From: a virus
Virus record (IMG/VR): IMGVR_UViG_3300020204_000022
Coordinates: 72,555 to 102,348 of that record
Length of the DNA stretch: 29,794 bases
Strand: one strand, 5' to 3'
Within the stretch, counting starts at the first letter, position 1, and each line of letters starts with the position of its first letter. Under the pieces are notes generated by a model that was not told where the DNA came from, made no database searches, and was given only the letters and a program-made list of their open reading frames with translations. The translations under genes were made by a program, and so were the position numbers. Shown piece after piece: positions 25,441 through 29,794 of this stretch.

Positions 25441-25448
25441 TATATTTG
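25441..25448 (+). promoter_or_regulatory. Bacteroidota-type -7 promoter box TATATTTG
   Basis: TAnnTTTG right after the terminator, 16 nt before ATG 25465. Confidence 0.65.
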
Positions 25449-25464
25449 CTACAGCTTAAGGCAA

Positions 25465-26112
25465 ATGATTGACAATTTTCATCTAATCAAACCACTCCTT
25501 AATTTTGAGAATCAAGGGGATTTTTACATGTTGTATGTTTTCAAAAGGAAGAAGGACCAACCAGAGGGGGAAAGAGATAACCACCAATCAGTCAGAACAA
25601 TTAAGACCTACTGTGTCGAAAGTGTAGACTACCTGGAACAGAGATATGACGAGATAAAACAACTGTGTGAGATGTTCAAAGCCAGATCATACATCCACGT
25701 ACAAAAACAAAACCACTCCGATATTTCTCTGAATATGATGGTGGCTTTGGCAGAAAGAATTCGAAATGGTCAACCGAATCAAAAAAATCTTTTCGACTCT
25801 GTTGTTGGCCAAATTCAAACCCACGAGAAAAGATGGATCATAGACGTTGATGGAACTCAAACTCCCTCCCCTCTAATGATGGCACATATTGAGTACTCAT
25901 GTGAACCCGTTACCGTGGTCGATTTTGATAAAATCGGAATTCCTATAGGCCACAAAGTTGGTCCGAAGATAGAGGCGATCATTCCAACCAAAAATGGACA
26001 CCATTTAATAACAAAGAAGTTTAATGTCATGGAATTTAGAAAAAAATATCCGGACATAGACATTCAAAAAAAGAACCCAACCCTTTTGTATCTTCCAAAT
26101 TCTCTTTCTTAA
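25465..26112 (+). CDS. AEP (archaeo-eukaryotic primase) superfamily-like protein
   Basis: WIIDVD (hhhDxD) and IPTKNGHHLIT (T..G.H) motifs; RKKD, RSYI. Confidence 0.55.
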   Translation: MIDNFHLIKPLLNFENQGDFYMLYVFKRKKDQPEGERDNHQSVRTIKTYCVESVDYLEQRYDEIKQLCEMFKARSYIHVQKQNHSDISLNMMVALAERIRNGQPNQKNLFDSVVGQIQTHEKRWIIDVDGTQTPSPLMMAHIEYSCEPVTVVDFDKIGIPIGHKVGPKIEAIIPTKNGHHLITKKFNVMEFRKKYPDIDIQKKNPTLLYLPNSLS

Positions 26113-26120
26113 TTCAATAA

Positions 26121-26693
26121 ATGAAATTTTTACAAATTGGCTCATCTACGGCAGAAGATCATTTACCACAATTGACAAAAGATAGCTCTGCCGAATTGGT
26201 TGTTTTAGTAGAACCTTTAAAAATCCACCACAATAAAATTTCTGATGCTTATTTTGGAATTCCACATGTTATTTTAGACTGTGCTGTGGTACCAGATCCA
26301 ATTTCAGCGGGAAAAATTCCTTTCTTTTTTCATATGGATGATGGACCAAACTATCCCTTATCTTCTATTTCGGAGGATCATTTTTTCCAGCCGAGGCACG
26401 GATCCTTACAAAAAGAAAAGGTTGTTGAAATTTCCGTTCCTGCTAGAACTCTTTCTTCTATTTTGGAAGAATTTAATTTGTATCGTTTAGATTATTTAAT
26501 GTTAGATGCCGAAGGGATTGACGATCGAATTTTATACAGTTTGGATTGGAGAAAATTTGACATCAAACAAATTTATTACGAGGCGGTTCACATAAACAAT
26601 TTGAAATTAATTTCATTTCTCGAACCCCTAGGATTCTCTGTTACTTACGGTCTGGGACCTTGGGGTTTTGATTGTTTAGCCATTCGACCATAA
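26121..26693 (+). CDS. FkbM-family methyltransferase
   Basis: FLQIGS, VLVEP, V.ARTL..IL, LDYLMLDAEGID, IYYE. Confidence 0.78.
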   Translation: MKFLQIGSSTAEDHLPQLTKDSSAELVVLVEPLKIHHNKISDAYFGIPHVILDCAVVPDPISAGKIPFFFHMDDGPNYPLSSISEDHFFQPRHGSLQKEKVVEISVPARTLSSILEEFNLYRLDYLMLDAEGIDDRILYSLDWRKFDIKQIYYEAVHINNLKLISFLEPLGFSVTYGLGPWGFDCLAIRP

Positions 26694-26713
26694 TAATCCA
26701 TAACTTACGCGAA

Positions 26714-27436
26714 ATGTACCATTCGAAGTTGGACCTTTTAATTTTCGAACACTATGTTAAGGAGATCCAAAGAATTTTTGGATTTAGTCTCGACGAAATC
26801 AAAACCATAAAAAAAACAAGACATCTGGTTGCGGCAAGGCACCTTCTTATGTACGTTTTGAAAGAAAAATTTGGACACATATTTTCTTTCGCTAAAATTG
26901 GAACTTTAATCGACCGAGATCATTCAACTGTTATCCATGGTGTCAATGCCGTTAAACAGGGTTTGAAGTACAAAGAAAAAATTTTCTTTCCTTACTCAGA
27001 ATTTCACCATTTGGATATTCAACCTATAATCCAAGAGATGGAAAAAAATATGTTTTCCCCTAAGATTAATTTCGATGTTTTCAAAGAAATTATTGAAAAA
27101 CTCGAATCCTCACAAGAAAGATGTCGTGCTATAAATCATCATGGAATTGACTTGACAAATTTTGAGGATGAACTTCAAAGTGTTATTTCCATGTTAATTG
27201 GAAGCATATACGGAAAGGAAGGTCTAGAAACTTTTGAGTGGTGGTGTTACGAAAAGGATTGGGGAAAAAGAAAAGAAACACATATGTCTGATTCTGATGG
27301 TAATCTTTTGTGTGAAACCATAAAAGATTTACACGAATGGCTAGAGGAAAATTCGACACCAGATTACGAACTTCCCCGAAAAATGAAAGAAGAAGAAAGA
27401 AAAATTTTGTTGTCTAATTGGATTGGGCAAAAATAA
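26714..27436 (+). CDS. DnaA C-terminal (domain IV) HTH fused to an unrelated C-terminal domain
   Basis: R.LVAARHLLMYV, SFAKIG, RDHSTVIHG; no AAA+ domain; start moved to ATG 26714. Confidence 0.78.
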   Translation: MYHSKLDLLIFEHYVKEIQRIFGFSLDEIKTIKKTRHLVAARHLLMYVLKEKFGHIFSFAKIGTLIDRDHSTVIHGVNAVKQGLKYKEKIFFPYSEFHHLDIQPIIQEMEKNMFSPKINFDVFKEIIEKLESSQERCRAINHHGIDLTNFEDELQSVISMLIGSIYGKEGLETFEWWCYEKDWGKRKETHMSDSDGNLLCETIKDLHEWLEENSTPDYELPRKMKEEERKILLSNWIGQK

Positions 27437-27459
27437 TACCACAAAAAATAATTTATTTC

Positions 27460-27488
27460 GGAACAATTTTACGATTGTTCTAATATAA
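27460..27488 (+). promoter_or_regulatory. putative promoter GGAAC-N19-TATAA with inverted repeat GAACAAT-N6-ATTGTTC
   Basis: Intergenic, upstream of rpiB. Confidence 0.45.
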
Positions 27489-27513
27489 GAATGGAAAATT
27501 TCATTCTTGCCCG

Positions 27514-27951
27514 ATGTCAAATCACACCCAAACCATCGTAATAGGATCAGATCATGTTGGTTTTGAATTGAAAACAAAAATCATCGATTGGTTTTCTAAA
27601 AACAATTACGAGGTGATTGATGTCGGTACTTATCATCAGGATTCAACGGATTATCCGGATTTTTCTCACCGTGTATCAGGATTGGTGGATCAAGACAGAG
27701 TTGGAATTTTGGTTTGCGGATCGGGAAACGGTGTTGCAATAACAGCAAACAAGTGGAATAATATAAGAGCAGCTCTGTGTTGGAACTCTGACGTGGCTTC
27801 CCTCGCCAGAAAGCACAATGATGCAAACGTACTGTGTTTGCCTGCTAGATTTATGTCGACAGTTGAGGCAATAAAATCAATAAAAATTTTTTTAGAAACA
27901 GATTTTGAAGGAGGAAGACACTTAAATAGAATAAAAAAAATTCCCATTTGA
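27514..27951 (+). CDS. rpiB: ribose-5-phosphate isomerase B (RpiB/LacA/LacB family)
   Basis: GSDHVG, DYPD, GILVCGSGNG, ANK, RKHNDANVL, FEGGRH..RI. Confidence 0.95.
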   Translation: MSNHTQTIVIGSDHVGFELKTKIIDWFSKNNYEVIDVGTYHQDSTDYPDFSHRVSGLVDQDRVGILVCGSGNGVAITANKWNNIRAALCWNSDVASLARKHNDANVLCLPARFMSTVEAIKSIKIFLETDFEGGRHLNRIKKIPI

Positions 27952-28203
27952 ATGTGGTTCGATTTAATGCCGGGCGAAATTTATTTGTTGGGGCCAAAGT
28001 CTGAAACAAACGAAGAGATTCAATTTTTTTCTTCGACTAAAAAAATCAAGGTCATAGAAAAGACGCTAACAACAATTCTTGTTGAGGAATTAGATTCCCA
28101 AAAATTGGAAAATTGCAGTAGGCATTTAAAAGATTCATTTATTCAAAATTGGAGAATTTTGAAGAAAATTTCTTCCAATACAAAAGAAACCAAATTTGAA
28201 TAA
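27952..28203 (+). CDS. hypothetical protein
   Basis: 83-aa ORF abutting rpiB. Confidence 0.65.
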   Translation: MWFDLMPGEIYLLGPKSETNEEIQFFSSTKKIKVIEKTLTTILVEELDSQKLENCSRHLKDSFIQNWRILKKISSNTKETKFE

Positions 28204-28207
28204 AATC

Positions 28208-28235
28208 GAAACTATTGAATTTTGGATTTCTATAA
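28208..28235 (+). promoter_or_regulatory. putative promoter GAAAC-N18-TATAA
   Basis: Recurrent motif ahead of ATG 28266. Confidence 0.55.
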
Positions 28236-28265
28236 AATTTGTTTTTGATTCAAAATCAATAGATT

Positions 28266-28550
28266 ATGTTCAAATGGAAATATAAACCCTGCGGGCTCTG
28301 CCCAGTACAGGCAGAAGGATGGTTTTTAGGATTTTATTTTTATTTTAGAGCTAGGGGCTCATTTGTCACAATAGATTTTTCAAAAACTGAAGAAAGGTGG
28401 GTTGATGGTAACAACAGAAAATCCTTTGTGCTCCTGGAAGTTGATTGGCCAGAAGCTGGATATTTGTCTTTTTGGAAATCCCAACTTTTGGTTTACTGGG
28501 GATGTTTACTTTTTTTACTTACATTTTCTTTTTTACCACAGCAACCATGA
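28266..28550 (+). CDS. hypothetical protein
   Basis: G.CPVQAEG..G..FYFRARG; hydrophobic C-terminus. Confidence 0.7.
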   Translation: MFKWKYKPCGLCPVQAEGWFLGFYFYFRARGSFVTIDFSKTEERWVDGNNRKSFVLLEVDWPEAGYLSFWKSQLLVYWGCLLFLLTFSFLPQQP

Positions 28551-28786
28551 AATTTCTGGTTCGTCTTTATCAGGAATTTCGAATAAAAAATCCGGACTCC
28601 AATTTAAATTTTGTTGAATGGAGAAAGACGATTTCTATCCCTTCACATGATATCACTGATGATTTTCAAATTGGTCCGGATGGATCTTTTTTTTGTGGGG
28701 AATTTTTTCCGGAGGATGAAATATATTTAAAAAAAATTAATAAATTAGAAATACACGAAGACACTGACGATCCAGACGATGTTTAA
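28547..28786 (+). CDS. hypothetical protein
   Basis: ATGA overlap with the previous stop; DDFQIGPDG. Confidence 0.65.
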   Translation: MKFLVRLYQEFRIKNPDSNLNFVEWRKTISIPSHDITDDFQIGPDGSFFCGEFFPEDEIYLKKINKLEIHEDTDDPDDV

Positions 28787-28985
28787 TGCCACAATAATGC
28801 CAACTTTAAGAACACAATACCTAAACTTTATTCAGGAGTCTAAAAAGAATGGAGATTTCAAAAGCGAAGAGGAAGTTCCTAGCTTTGAATCTTGGATTGA
28901 AAACAAATTCAAAGACTCACCGAAATTAGATTCGGAATTTTACGATTGGGATGTAACTTTGTTAGATGGTATCGAAGAAGATTGA
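28779..28985 (+). CDS. hypothetical protein
   Basis: 68-aa ORF ending DWDVTLLDGIEED. Confidence 0.65.
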   Translation: MFNATIMPTLRTQYLNFIQESKKNGDFKSEEEVPSFESWIENKFKDSPKLDSEFYDWDVTLLDGIEED

Positions 28986-29017
28986 TTGTTTTAAATTTCA
29001 TTTATTAAAAATAAATT

Positions 29018-29338
29018 ATGGTAGCATTGATAATTTTCGGCTTAACCCTAGTAATAGCTATTCTTTGGGCCAGGGGAATACACAGAATGAGTAAGGAACA
29101 CCCATTTTATAAAGGTGAAGATCTTTTTTCTGAAAAATTACCCGGAACTCACCCAGATTCTTCTGTCATGTACACAAGGTATTGTGAATTTGCATTGTCC
29201 TTAGAAGAGATTGATTATGATTATCTAGTTAACGATCCACATCAAAATTGTACCAGAATTATGACAGAAAACGAATTTTGGGAAAGAGTAAGCAAAGATT
29301 CTTCATTTGCACAAAAATTCAACTGGATAGAAATTTAA
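29018..29338 (+). CDS. hypothetical protein with N-terminal membrane anchor
   Basis: MVALIIFGLTLVIAILW; HPFYKGEDLF. Confidence 0.7.
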   Translation: MVALIIFGLTLVIAILWARGIHRMSKEHPFYKGEDLFSEKLPGTHPDSSVMYTRYCEFALSLEEIDYDYLVNDPHQNCTRIMTENEFWERVSKDSSFAQKFNWIEI

Positions 29339-29349
29339 ATTTCTAAAAA

Positions 29350-29736
29350 ATGAACAGAATATTTCTTATTGATATTGATGGAACTATATGCGAAGATATT
29401 TCAAATGACGATTCACATTTGTACTCTAGCGCAAAACCTTTTATGGACGCACAAAAAATTATAAATAAATGGTATGACGAAGGTAATCTAATCACATTTT
29501 TTACCGCTCGTGAATCCAAAGACAGATTTGAGACTGAACAGTGGCTGAAATTAAACGGATTTAAATATCATGGATTGATTATGGATAAACCAACAATTAA
29601 AGATGGCCAAGAATATGTTTGGATTGATAATCGAAAAGCCAGAGCCGTAACTTATTTGGGAACCTGGTCTGAATTAAAAGAGGTGGATGCAAAAATACAA
29701 ACATTCGATATCTCAAACAAACAAACTTATGAATAG
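29350..29736 (+). CDS. small capless HAD phosphatase (capsule-biosynthesis phosphatase type)
   Basis: IDIDGTI, FFTAR, T..WL, MDKP, WIDN. Confidence 0.85.
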   Translation: MNRIFLIDIDGTICEDISNDDSHLYSSAKPFMDAQKIINKWYDEGNLITFFTARESKDRFETEQWLKLNGFKYHGLIMDKPTIKDGQEYVWIDNRKARAVTYLGTWSELKEVDAKIQTFDISNKQTYE

Positions 29737-29794
29737 AGAAAATAAACCAGAAGATATACTTTTGTTGATGGGAATAGTAGGGATTGTTGGTATG
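29729..29794 (+). CDS. partial ORF running off the window, hydrophobic
   Basis: MNRENKPEDILLLMGIVGIVGM... Confidence 0.5.
   Translation, partial: MNRENKPEDILLLMGIVGIVGM

Noticed and set aside
26714-27436. dnaA replication initiator / oriC region
   Set aside because: Only domain IV is present; no AAA+ domain and no DnaA-box cluster noticed
21911-27480. LexA (GAAC-N4-GTTC) SOS boxes at the GAAC..GTTC dyads
   Set aside because: Spacers are 10 and 12 nt, not 4
392-27947. Minus-strand and nested alternative-frame ORFs in the track (e.g. 15505-15897, 17111-17410, 3901-4152, 28402-28617)
   Set aside because: Short, overlap well-supported + strand genes and show no motifs; treated as shadow ORFs
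1-29794. tRNA, rRNA or structured ncRNA genes; introns or inteins
   Set aside because: Intergenic gaps are short and accounted for by promoters, terminators, stubs or small ORFs; no cloverleaf or splicing signature seen by eye (tRNAscan-SE/Infernal not run)

Overview
AT-rich, densely coding window with every credible gene on the + strand, many short hypothetical ORFs, A-rich start contexts without obvious Shine-Dalgarno sites and TAnnTTTG promoter boxes. It reads as a segment of a large (jumbo-type) phage genome, most likely infecting Bacteroidota; this is inference, since no capsid or terminase gene is in the window. 0.3-11.8 kb is a nucleotide-sugar/glycan modification cluster (HAD-nucleotidyltransferase fusion, several SAM methyltransferases, glycosyltransferase-like genes, DegT-like aminotransferase, ATP-grasp) that also contains a thymidylate-synthase homologue with the dCMP-specifying Asp. 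The rest carries a type II glutamine synthetase, three UVR-motif proteins, two metallophosphoesterases, GT25, a GH19 lysin, a serine PBP/beta-lactamase-fold protein, a cyclic-phosphate-type receiver domain, an AEP-like protein, a DnaA C-terminal fusion, RpiB and a small HAD. Main observations beyond the ORF track: (1) a shared DNFxKW N-terminal leader on two unrelated cell-wall enzymes and a free 58-aa peptide; (2) single glycan-modification genes that arrive with their own GAAAC-N17/18-TATAA promoter and leave scars (a 51-bp direct repeat, a gutted phosphoesterase gene, gene stubs); (3) three distinct promoter classes; (4) an A_AAA_AAG -1 frameshift candidate and an in-frame TGA. All family calls come from motif recognition by eye, not from database searches.
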